Origin: Antedon mediterranea
Lineage: Eukaryota; Animalia; Echinodermata
Direction: 5' to 3'
Assembly: GCF_964355755.1 (NCBI RefSeq)
Contig: NC_092678.1
Span: 16,969,881 to 17,033,880, forward strand
Length of the DNA: 64,000 nt
Shown here one piece after another: positions 1-12,600 of this stretch. The translations under genes and the position numbers were made by a program. Below the pieces are notes generated by a model that saw nothing but the letters and a program-made list of their open reading frames with translations, was not told the origin of the DNA and did not search any database. The first letter of the stretch is position 1. Each line of letters opens with the position of its first letter.

Positions 1-1114
1 AATAAAATATAAAATATATATGTATATACTCAAAAGCACATTACTCCCATAACGGTATTATAATGGACAGGTTCACCAACCCTATGGAAATTACATTATT
101 ACATTAAATCAAAAACTCTTGTATGGTATAGTGTTAACAATAAAATTCACAACAATTACATCAATATTTTTTAAAAGGCTAAATAAAATAAGTATTTAAG
201 TTGTTTTAGTTTTTTTTTCTAAGGAAATAATTAGATGAGAATAAAGGCGGCTTCTCTCATATAGTGGACCGACCACAGTGTACACGGCAAGTAAGTAGCC
301 TACCGTACTGTTTGTCTATTCGTCAGTATTGGTCATATTATCCGATATATTTTGGTACCAACAACGTTAAACGAACGATAGAGGTCATAGGTCAATTATT
401 ACTAAATTACTGAATTTGCACTATAATAACTATATATCTCGTCAGCCAAACAAATCTTGAAGCAGATTCATGTTTATGTTCATGTTAACACATTCGTTAT
501 ATGCATACAGTATTATCAACTAAGTTATTAACATTAACACTTATTTAGCGATATAGGCCTACATTTCTATAGATGAAGCACATATCAGCGGCGCTTCACA
601 TACTGTAATAATATTATTTGAAAAAAAAAGGTTTTAATTGATTTTTAAATTGTTAATTTATATAGATTATAGTAATCCACATTGTTAATATTACTTGGCA
701 AATTGCAACGGAAAACGAGCGGTCAGCAAATATTTTCGCATAACATCCGTTGCACTGCCAAACCGACCCTCTAGAAAAAGAAACCTAAACTATCTTTAAA
801 AGAAGTCAGATAATCCCAGGGGGCTTTATATCGATTGTGGGCTTCTTTTCGAGATTACCTTTTCAAAATAAAGAGTGGTTTCTTTTTAATTTGTTATTTT
901 GGGAGGTTGGCTACTTACGAGGTCGGCCAGCCTATATAGCTCTTGAAATTCGTTTTTCTTTAAAAAAGGAATTTCATCAGTGGGGATCGAGATACAAAAC
1001 AATTATAGTATTTGTTTTATATGGCCTATGAAATGTTCATAATAATAATAACTTTATCTTCATTTTAATGAAAAGCGATCATTAATTATAATAATATAGT
1101 ATATAGTGTATAGT

Positions 1115-1865
1115 ACTTTATCTATCAAATCTTACTTACTAATACAATATAACAATACTAATACAATTCACCAAACAACATCCATGTATAGGTATAATGA
1201 AATAAGCCAACATCAATTGAAATATAACAACATCGTATCTACCAAATCTTACATAAAACTAATACAATCCACCAAACTACATCGATAAATGTATAGGTTA
1301 TATTAATGAAATAAGCCAACATCATTGAAATAAATACTACATCTTATCTACCAAATCTGACAAAACTAATACAATCCACCAAGCTACATCCATAAATGTA
1401 TAGGTTATATTAATGAAATAAGCCAACATCAATTGAAATAAATACTAAACTAATACAATCCATCAAACTACATCCATAAATGTATAGGTTATATTAATGA
1501 AAAAGCCAACATCAATTGAAATAAATACTAAACTAATACAATCCATCAAACTACATCGATAAATGTATAGGTTATATTAATCAAATAAACCAACATCAAT
1601 TCTTACATAAAACTAATACAATCCACCAAACTACATCGATAAATGTATAGGTTATATTAATTTAAAAAGCCAACATCAATTGACACAAAACACAATCTTA
1701 TCAGCCAAATCTTACATAAAACTAACACAATCCACCGAACTACTGTAAATCGATAAATGTAAATGGTAATATTAATGAAAAAGCCAACATATACACAGAA
1801 ATAAAACATCATCTTATCTACCAAATCCACCCAACTACACTGTAAATCAATAAGTGTAACCGTAT
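1115..1865. repeat. Degenerate minisatellite, units of about 70-90 bp
   Basis: Recurring core AAGCCAACATCAATTGAAATAAATACTAAACTAATACAATCCA(C/T)CAAACTACATC..TAAATGTATAGGTTATATTAAT, about 8 imperfect copies. Confidence 0.9.
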
Positions 1866-3494
1866 AATTAAAGGCCAGGTGCGGGCAAAACAGTTCTATT
1901 GATCATACATTCCAATAATTATCGATCTATAGATTCCCCTATGTTTCATACTTTTTGGGATTTTATTTGTGTTACACAAGCGAGTTGAAAATAAGCACTT
2001 TCTTATCAGAATCTTTATTTGCAGATAGTTCTAGTTCATGACTTTTCCGTTACCTAAGTCAGGCCTATAAATACAGTTAATTATTTCTCAAAATATAAAG
2101 TATGTTATCTATTTGTAGTAAGTCGGATGTATGTATGGATATACGGATCGGATAGAAACAGAAATATGGAATTAAAGTCCTCAATATTGAATATTGTTTT
2201 TGTGCAGAATTACATGAAGTACCATTTGGAAAAAACAATCATTGTGGAATAAATTGATTGTTGAGATAATTAAGGGTTGTAATGTCATTAATATATTGAT
2301 ATGAAAACATGATCATGCATTTCATTTTGCCAAAGTAGTAGACAAGAAATCCAAAATGCAATAAAAAAAAAAACATTTAGAAAACAATGAACAATGAACA
2401 CGATTACATTATTAGTCTTCGTCTGGAAATTTCAGAGGAAACCTTATTTTTAATTTTTACAAGTTGTACACAAAGCCTTATCGACAAACAGTGTATTTCG
2501 GCGAAAATTACCATGGAAAGCAGAGCGTATGTCTGCCACTTTCGCTAACCAGAAGCCGATAGCAAAGACGAAAGTATCCGTGGCCATCTTGGTTGTAACG
2601 TTGTTAACGGATTATATGCTTTATCGCCTTCTCATTTCAGAAATCAGGAGCCATGGTCTGCAGAAGAAAAAAACAACGTAAAAACAAATATTAAAAATGG
2701 AAAGAAAATTAGGAATCATAATTTTTACCGATTGTTGCTGTTGTTTCCGATAATCATAATGCGTTTCTGTTCAGAAACGGGGTAGTGGGATAATCCTGAG
2801 AAAATGATAGGCCTCGTTTTGGATTTGTACAATTGCCTACATGTTCACATGCAAAAAGGTATGAGCCAAGCCGGACCTTCCCACTGAGCATTTACACGTC
2901 ACGCGAAAAGATTTGCACGAAGCTAGACAAAGTTCTATCGATTTCGCGGGTTGCAAATTCATCGCTTTAACCATGGAGGTATACCTCCATGCTTTAACTG
3001 AAAATCCACTGACGTTCAACACAGGCATGGGAACGGTGAGAGGGAGGACAATTGACCTCCCAAAACTTAAATCATGGGATGACAAATAAAAATAGCATTT
3101 TAAAGAGATTTCTTTTCAACAACATATTCTTATAACTCCTTTCGCTCAGCAATACAAACATGATAATATAATAATAACAGCCAGACCGAAACAATGCGCT
3201 TGTCGCGAGAAAGGGTTTTCTGTAAAATGCTTCTGAATTTGTAAAACTTAATGGAATTGGTATGAATGTTCTTTTACCGGTCACATTATTGTAACTGCTT
3301 AAATATAAAAACTAAAAAAAAACACAATGTTTGTCTATAATATACAGAGAATATATAGAGAGAGATGTAAAGTGTACAGCAGAATGAAATAAATGACCAA
3401 AAAAAGAAAGAATAAAATGTTACTTAGTAGGTGGATTGTCAGTGTTAAGGTAAGATAACACAGTGCTGTGTATTCATATACTACTGTACATTAC

Positions 3495-3648
3495 CGTAAA
3501 ATCTTCAGTGTTTCTTGTCGAATCCGTCGGACACATCAACTCTCGGAATTTTCCCTTTAATATTTCTTTACATGCTGCAAGGGTAACTCTCGGCTCGCAG
3601 ACTTCAATTTTATAAACAAGGCAGCAAATGCGGCGATGATCCGATTTC
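3495..3648 (-). CDS. Cys-rich LRR C-cap/hinge exon resembling GRL101/type-C LGR receptors
   Basis: aaatag|G AAA TCG ... ACG|gtaatg; (L)KSDHRRICCLVYKIEVCEPRVTLAACKEILKGKFRELMCPTDSTRNTEDFT fits the xDxxxxCC-x5/6-C-x-P-x6-C-x-E/D-L pattern from memory; phase matches the preceding LRR exon. Confidence 0.7.
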
Positions 3649-6600
3649 CTATTTTTGGTGATGTACAAATAAAAACATGATATAGTTATTCACTTAGACC
3701 ATGGATCAAGAAAAAATAATAAATTTCCTGAAAAAACTGTAATTTATTCAGATTGGCGTTTATGTTTTATAACTGAAAACATTTGTTTTTTTTCCTTATA
3801 TTTTTAGTAGTAAACTTTATTCAAACTACAAATGACCTATTCATTTTTTATGTTTTTTTGTACAATACACATGTTATCGAAATATCTTGCTATATATCGA
3901 CATAGTAATTCGATAACGATGTCTTACCTGAATATACGTTCGTACTTTTAAGTCGATTAATTTGATTAGATTTAAGTTATCTTATATCTTATGCAAAATT
4001 CATGTTACGAATGAGAGTACGTTTATTGTAAATACATAATATAAAAATAACGCTTAAAAGAGAACGACGTTTCGACTCCATCATGGGGTCATTATCAAGT
4101 CCATTGATAATGACCATATTATGGAGTCGAAACGTCGTTCTCTTTTAAGCGTTATTTTTATATTATGAAATTCATGTTTTTAAGTTAATTTGATTAAAGT
4201 ATGTGACCATCGGATCAATAATCAATATCAATGTAAACTTTACACCGACTTGTAGGTTCATGTTTTTTATATTAATTGTATATTAATATATTGCACACTT
4301 TTGACGATGATCTTAGCTTTAAAAAACCATGTGAATACTTACAATTCGTTTATGTTGATCAAGTTTTCAAAAGTACTATCTTTGTAATTTTTTAATTCGT
4401 TGTCATATATCCAACTGCAAAAAAACATTTTAAAATAAAAATGAGTAAAAGATTCAGTGGTGTTAGGTCATGAAGAAATTTCTCATTCTTATGTCTTTAG
4501 TGGTTTACTAACTTGGACGTAACGCACGGACGCTGTAATACAAAAATAGGTCATCCGAACTGTTGCTTTTGATTGAAATATATACAGTAGTTCATTTTAG
4601 ATATTATATCTAAGCATATATTACTATTATATTTACAATAATTTAAACTAATTTCTTTACAAAACAGACAGATTTAACTACAAGTTATGACTTCATACTG
4701 TAATTTAAATATGATAATATAATATAATATAACATGTATATCTATCCGTGCCACCACCACCACCACCAACCATTAATTAAGGAGATATGAGACTTCAAGT
4801 GGTAAATGGCGATCATTTTGAATTTATGTTAATTAACCCAATTTCCTTTTGGTAAACTTTAGATATGATGTTCATTTGGACCATATCAAGCAAACAAAAC
4901 CAAACAAAATTGTTGTTGCAATTTGTTTTAATGTTGACTTATCTTTACTGGACAAAGATACAATGACCTCATGGCAATGTTTTAAAGACGCCGTTGTGTG
5001 CTCAAATGCGCGTTCATGTCTAAAATATGGCACTGATGTTATGTCATTTTAAAGTAGACTTAATGGTCAAACATCATATTTAAAAAGAAACAATGTAATG
5101 TTTAGTGAGAGAAAGGTTGTAGTCAAGAGGCAGGAAACTGCAGGTGTTGTTTATTGCCTTTAGACATAAACAGGTACCACCGTACGAGAATCGGGTGTCC
5201 AACGGACGAGTACCATGTGTGTATATCGGGAACAAAGCTATTATAAAGTGTACAGATTTTACAGACTATGTCTACGACACATAATCTGTTGTATGACAAG
5301 AATTAATGAATGAGTCCGATAATTGTACAGAGCATCAAACAACTACATGCAGATTATTAAACATTTTGACAAACATAGCGTTTCATACGTATGGTAAGTG
5401 TACACACTGCATAGAAAACATCGAAACGCGACAACAGAAAAAAGACAATAACAGAGACTTGGGACAAGTCTACACAGTATTAACTTACAGTATTGAAAGT
5501 GATGAAGCAAAAGCAGAAAATGCACCTTGATCTATGGTAGTTATAGCGTTATCGTTTAAATACCTACAGATATTGAAAAAAAAAGACACACATTTCAAAC
5601 GGATTGATTTAAAACAATATTAATAATAATACTGTACAACAATACAATAAATAGATAACCACTACATTTGTCTGCTATATTTCACAGTACAGTTATTTGT
5701 ATTCAGCATTTCAGTGGGCGATTTAGACTTCGTTTGACACTCGAAACAATGTCAAATGAAAGGCAAGCTAATATTGCCATGAGGAGGTGCAAATCTGAGG
5801 TAGAGGGGAAAATGTAATGTGTACAAACAGATATCACCTCACCTTTATTTATAAAAGTTGAAAATCAGAAAAAAGGGGAGAATGTAGTGTATTATTTTTT
5901 GTTGTTTTTTTTTTTTCTCTTTTGTGGCGCAAACACCACTTTTATTCACATTCATATTATCTCATATTACATAAAATCGTATTATTTAACTTGTAAATGT
6001 CGTTACAGTTCATAAGTAACATTTTTAAATATATGAATTCTGTATTACTCCTTTTTTCATTAATTTTCGTATATTTTGTTATACACTTGACAGGATCATC
6101 ATTGTCATCTATCCCGTTTTAAAATAGTTCACACATTTTCATTTGTTTGTTTTCATTTTACAACCCGGATTATACAATATATTTATATACATGATAAAAA
6201 AAACAATAATAACTCAGTACCACCAGTAACCCGTATCACTGTAATTCTTTTTCGGTTAATCGTATCAAATTAGAAATTATATTATCATAATCTTATTTCT
6301 TAAAGCTACCCATTTTTCTATACTTGTTTCTTTATTGTTATATGTTTCACATTCAATGTTATATAACATATTGCTTTTAAATGAATTCCATAAAGATTTA
6401 CCCACTGGCTTATTTAGTGCAGATAACATTTTTATTCTATAAATAGTAAATGCTGCAAAAGTGTAAATATAATCTATTAGCTTATCTCCCGTTCCTAGTA
6501 TTAATTGTTTAAATGATATATTATTGTGATTTAAACTTACAAAGATACTAAGCATTTTCCTCCAATATTTCTGAATAAATCTACAACTAAAAAACAAATG

Positions 6601-9600
6601 ATTTTCATTTTCAATTTCTCCACATTTGTCACACGTTTGTGTTTCCTTAACTTTCCACTGATACAGCCGTTTGTTGGTAGGCAGTATTCTATGTAACATC
6701 TTATAATTGAATTGTGCTAGTTTCTTATCTTTCATTTTACATACTTTCCGTAACCAAGAAGTTTTCCAATCAATGTTGTTATCATTGAAGTACTCTTCCC
6801 ATTTTAGTTGTGACATTGGAATAATGAAATATTCTTTCACAAACCATGAGTATATTAGTTTGGTAGTATTAATCTCATACTTGGTCCCAACTAATTCATC
6901 ATTATCATCACAATTGAAAATATCTACCTCCTTAATAATACGTTTCCATTGAATTGGTATTGCCTTAATAATGCACAAATACTCATTTAACCAGTTTGTT
7001 TTACATTGTAGTTTCACCAGTATTTCGTTTGATGTTAAAAAAGTGTTCTTATTAACAATGTCTTTAATACTGATAATGCCACTGTCAATCCAATGCTTGT
7101 AGAAAAGCGATTTTTTTTTTTAGTTTAACGTAGTGGTTTCCCCAAAGTTTCAGGTTTTTTTTTTAGAGATTCTGTTATAATTTATGTAGGCTTTTATCAT
7201 ATTTTTGTAAAACAGTGGAATTTTATCAGAATTAACATCAATAATGTTATAACATGACATATTAAGTAAAACATTAACATCACATATTTTTTTAATATAA
7301 TACATTGGAATATTTTTCCATTTAGCACCATCATCATTAATAATTCTTTTTAACCAGCCACACATGAGTGCGTTAACATGAAGAGTAAAATCAGGCATTT
7401 TAATGCCTCCCATCTCAACATCACCAATTAGAGTTTTTCTTTTTATCTTTTTCCTTTTATTGTTCCAAATAAAATTATTTATTAGATTTGTAACTTGTGT
7501 ATATACATATTTTGGAACATCAGTGATATTTGCAGCATATGTTAATTTAGATAGTGCAAGACTTTTCAGGATTATTATTCTACCAAAAATTGAGAGATTT
7601 CTAGCATTCCATTGTTTTAAAGTCTTTTCTAGCTCTATTAATTTAACATCCCAGTTTTTTCTGGTACATTCTTCTGTATTATATCCTACATATATGCCTA
7701 AAATTTTGATCGGGTGTTTTACCCAATTTAATTCTAAAGGTCTATCTATTCTGTTCTTCCATTTACCAATCCAAAAAGCATTGGTTTTTTTTTTATTTAG
7801 TGTCATTCCAGATACTTCACAAAAACGTTCAATTACACTGACTGCTGACTTAATACTTTTGTCATTACCAACATACAAAACAGTATCATCGGCTAATTGG
7901 CTTATTCTAGCTTCTATGTTATTTTCATTATTTGGAAGTTTAATACCCTTATAGTCATATTTGTTTCTTATTCTAGATGCCATTACTTCAACCACTAAAA
8001 TGAATAACAGAGCAGATAGAGGACAACCTTGTCTAATACCTCTTTCCATTTTAAAATTGTTTGAAACCCAACCATTGTTAACTGTGACACATTCAACGCA
8101 GTGGTGGCGCCAGCGGGGGGGGCTACGGGGGCTCTAGCCCCCTCGTCGGGGAGCCTAGCCCCCCCCGTCGGGGAACACGGGTACTTTTTGTCGGGGAATA
8201 TAACATACAGTAAAAAACGTTCGCGTTCACTTCATATAGCTTCAGCGCCTAGAAAACCACGACGTTCCATTGACCGTGAGAGTACGTCAGAGGGCTATTA
8301 TGCACTTTTATGCATTCATTATTGCCAGAGATCTAACTACTAAACAATAGCTATAGGTACGCACTTGTCTGGCGGTATCCCTTTGTACGAATCGTTCACC
8401 GTTGGGTGAGACGCGTGATATCATGTTCCATCCAGGGACCAAAATGTGTAATGTAGTTATTTTCCAGGCGAAGTTTTACCGACGGTTACCAAAGGGAACA
8501 CGGGTACTTTTTGTCGGGGAATATAATATACAGTAAAAAACGTTCGCGTTCACTTGGTAGCTTCAGCGCCTAAAAAACCGCGACGTCTCATTGACCGTGA
8601 GAGTACGTCAGGGTGCTATTATGCAATTTATATGCATTCATTATTGCCAGCGATCTAACTTACTACTAAACATTAGCTAGGTACGCTTTTGTCTGGCGGT
8701 ATCCCTTTGTACGAATTGTTCAACGTTGGGTCGAGACGCGTGATATCAAGTTCCATCCAGGGACCAAAATGTGTAATGTATTTATTTTCCATGCGAAGTT
8801 TACCGACGGTTCGGGTACTTTTTGTCGGGGAATATAATTCGTTCGCGTTCACTTCGTAGCTTCAGCGCCTAGAAAACCTCGACGTTTCATTGACCGTGAG
8901 AGTACGTCAGAGTGATATTATGCACTTTATATGCATTCATTATTGCCAGCGATCCAACTTACTACTAAACAATAGCTATAGGTACGCACTTGTCTGGCGG
9001 TATCCCTTTGTACGAATCGTTCAACGTTCGGTCGTGATATCATGTTCCATCCAGGGACCGAAATGTGTACCGTGTAGTTATTTTCCAGGGGAAGTTTACC
9101 GACGACGGTTACGTTGTGTACTGTGTCGACGTACGCTACACTACAGCAAAAACAAATTATGTTAATTGTTCGTATGTTCACCAATTTTTTAATTTACAAG
9201 TAACCTTCTGTACCGTGGGGCACCTAAAATAAATATTTCATCTATTACTAAACAAAAAACATGCCATTTTCGCTTAGCCAACATCTTATTATAGCTAAGT
9301 TATTAAATTTTCAATGTCCTGTATGTCATGAATTTCTCACCACTCCAGATGGTACGCAGGCATACACTTGGGAGGAATAAACTTATTTCCCCGACTAAAA
9401 AGGTCTACGCTTGCGTTTTTTAAGCCTCTGGGCCTGATGTTTCCAAAGTATAAAATGCAATTTTTTGAAGACCACCTGCAGCTCTAGTTTGAAACATTTT
9501 CTTAGCTCAGCCCCAACAATAAAGCTGATCATATTTCGAAGTACAAGAAGTGTATTTTCCGGGACCTAACATCTCTATTTTTCAAACATTTCTTAGCTCA

Positions 9601-12600
9601 GTCACAACCATGATAGGGACTTATATATTTTGTTTCATGTTTTGAAGTATAATAAGTCCAGGACCTCCAACTCTATTTTTCTAAATTTTCTTTGAACTTT
9701 TATTTTTTAAATTGAAAAATATGGATTGAAACAGTCATCGCGCATCGTTTTTTTGCACGCAGTATTTTATTTATGCATTATAAAAAATGGAAAAAATGGC
9801 TACCCTAAATTTGATTAAAATGACCTCAAATGACGCTAGAACGCGTTGCTTCGGCCCTTGGCGGCCCCCTGGCCCCCAGCCTTGTGTTGCTCGCTTCGCT
9901 CGCATAGCCCCCTCGTCGGGGAATGTAGCCCCCGCGTCGGGAAGATCCTGGCGCCACCCCTGATTCAACGTTATTGTATAATACTTTTACCCAGTTACAA
10001 AAGAACATTCCAAAGTTAAACTTTTCTAGAACATTGAACATAAAATCTCTACTAATAGAGTCAAAAGCCTTCTTAAAATCTACGGTAATTATTGCCCCTT
10101 CGATATCATTATACTCTGTATAATAAAGCAGGTCTTCTATTAACCGAATGTTTTCACCAGCGAAACAGCCTTTTTTATAAAACACGATTTTGTGCCATAA
10201 CGGATTTCTACAATCCGCATTATTTATAGAATTTTCCTAAAAAAAAGCTATCATTAGAATTAAAAATATTATTTGAAAAAACAGATGTGGTTGTAAGATT
10301 TGTTTAATTATTGAGAAAGCATACAGTTTGATAATGTCAGCCATAATGTACATTATGGTAAATATTTTAGAGATAGAAAAAGATCAATAAAATAGATCGA
10401 CAATATGCAAATCCTTGTTTATTCTATAAATTTATAATTCGCTATCATTTTTATAATTATAGAAAAAAACATACTAGCTTTTTTAGGTTAAAATATACTG
10501 TCCGTTTTCCAAAACAACAATAGACATTACACAATGAGTTTTGTTCGGATTATGAGCTTCTTATTTAAACTAGGTTTAATGTGCAGAAACTGCTTTATTT
10601 AATTAAAAAATAAATGGTATGGGCCAAAAAAATCTTTATAATGTCCATTTTTTTCGCGAAGTACACACAAAGCAAAGAAAACAAATTTTAATAACTGCAG
10701 AATATTTTTAATTTTTAATCATTCATTGTTTTAATACAACTTTACTATAAAGTTCATCTACATGGTCATAAACATTATGACTACAGTATATGGTTGAGCT
10801 ATTGTTATAAAAACTACATGGTCATAAACTTGACTACAGTATATGGTTGAGCTACTGTTATAAAAACTACACGGTCATAAACATTATGACTCCAGTATAT
10901 GGTTGAGCTATTGTTATATAAACTACATGGTCATAAACTTTATGACTACAGTATATGGTTGAGCTATTGTTATATAAACTACATGGTCATAAACTTTATG
11001 ACTACAGTATATGGTTGAGCTATTGTTATACAAACTACATGGTCATAAACATTATGACTACAGTATATGGTTGAGCTATTGTTATATAAACTACATGGTC
11101 ATAAACTTTATGACTACAGTATATGGTTGAGCTATTGTTATATAAACTACATGGTCATAAACTTTATGACTACAGTATATTGTTGAGCTACTGTTATACA
11201 AACTAGATGGTCATAAACTTTATGACTACAGTATATGGTTGAGCTATTGTTATATAAACTACATGGTCATAAACTTGACTACAGTATATGGTTGAGCTAC
11301 TGTTATATACAATTATGAAATTGGTTGAAAATTAAATAATTTTTTTTAGATTCATTATACATGTAAAATTCCATTAATGTGCACCCTATTGTGACAACCA
11401 GTGAGTTGTAAAACTCCCTGCATTAACTTTCATTTAAAAAGTCATCTCTTAATTCTTTTAATTTAACAATAACATTGGTAGGCAATCTACTAGTTGGTGT
11501 TAAATTAAATATACTTATCACCTCCTCCTTCGATATTATTTCTCGCCATTCTTGTCCATCTTTTTCACACAGAACAAACCGGGAAGTATACGTTCCAGTG
11601 TACCACACTACTTCTACCTCATTGTTATTTATGCTGAATATTTTGCCTATCTGAGGCCATTCTGTGGGATATCTCCTTAAAGCTGTTGCTACCATAGCAC
11701 CAACATCGAGTTGCTGTGGTGGCTTACGCTTCGAAAATTTACCAATGTGTACCTAGTAGTGTGGGAGAAAGCATAGAAAAGTCATAATCATTTTTCTTAC
11801 AACCCTAAAAATATAGAATTTTCGTTGATGCATTTGCTTGATGCGATTATGAGATCATATCCCAAATATAAGCACTGCTTTAAACTATGTTGCATTACAT
11901 GTTTCAAAGATGTAATTTTGAAAATCTATAATATCTTTATCATACCGGTCTTATTTCATTTTCATTATCCGAGTCACTAATGTCTGTCTCGTTTCCATCA
12001 GATTCCTCCCTCATAGGGCTTGCATTGTTGTCATTAAAAATGATGTCATGGAGCAAAAATCGCTGTTCATTTCCTAAAAAAAAAGAGTACGCATTAGTTT
12101 TAAAAAGTAAATAATATACATTCATACAAAATATCATGATATATTTATGCTGAGGTGTTTGTTGCATAAAAGCTGGGCCAATACATTGCGCACCATGCTA
12201 ATCAGATGCTGATTGATTGATTTTATCTTATGAATTAATCAGGAGGCATGTTTCTCCAGTGTACTCCACTAGATATCGATCATGTTATTTGATAATTTTA
12301 GGTTCTCACATAAAATGATCAGTGGAAGCATGCATTGGTGAATGTGACCCAACATAGTTGTGTGGAGTAAATAGTTGAATTTTGGTATAGCTGCTGAATC
12401 TATACTAAAATCAAAATTCTCTTGTTAACCAAAAAATATATGTGTAAAATGGTGAAACATCACACATGCAATGTAGTACAGTACATACCTTCTGTGATCT
12501 CTTCTATATTATTTAAAAATTCCTCCCACCAGTCACGTTCTTCTATTCGCAAAAAATTTGCAACAGACGCCAGACTTTTTTTTAACTTTGGTATATCTGC

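Larger units (their letters stand above)
5905..10160 (-). mobile_element. 5'-truncated L1/Tx1-clade LINE (RT plus C-terminal CCHC finger), frameshifted and interrupted by a hAT MITE
   Basis: Motifs GENIRL, VDFKKAFDS, RGIRQGCPLS, SQLADDT, ILGIY, GGIKMPD, CDKCGEIENENHLFFSC; AATAAA and A-tail near 5905-5946; frameshifts in A-runs near 7110-7165. Confidence 0.93.

Noticed and set aside
1868-1960. Kolobok-like TTAA-AGG terminus
   Set aside because: No matching opposite end found
6707-7954. Plus-strand ORFs of 81 and 183 aa
   Set aside because: Antisense shadows of the LINE RT
10160-10260. Left TIR of the large Sola-like element
   Set aside because: No reverse-complement partner found by eye near 19700-20030 or beyond, so the termini are left undefined
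10758-11308. Regular repeat array resembling CRISPR
   Set aside because: Head-to-tail 56-bp units with no unique spacers, no cas genes and a eukaryotic context
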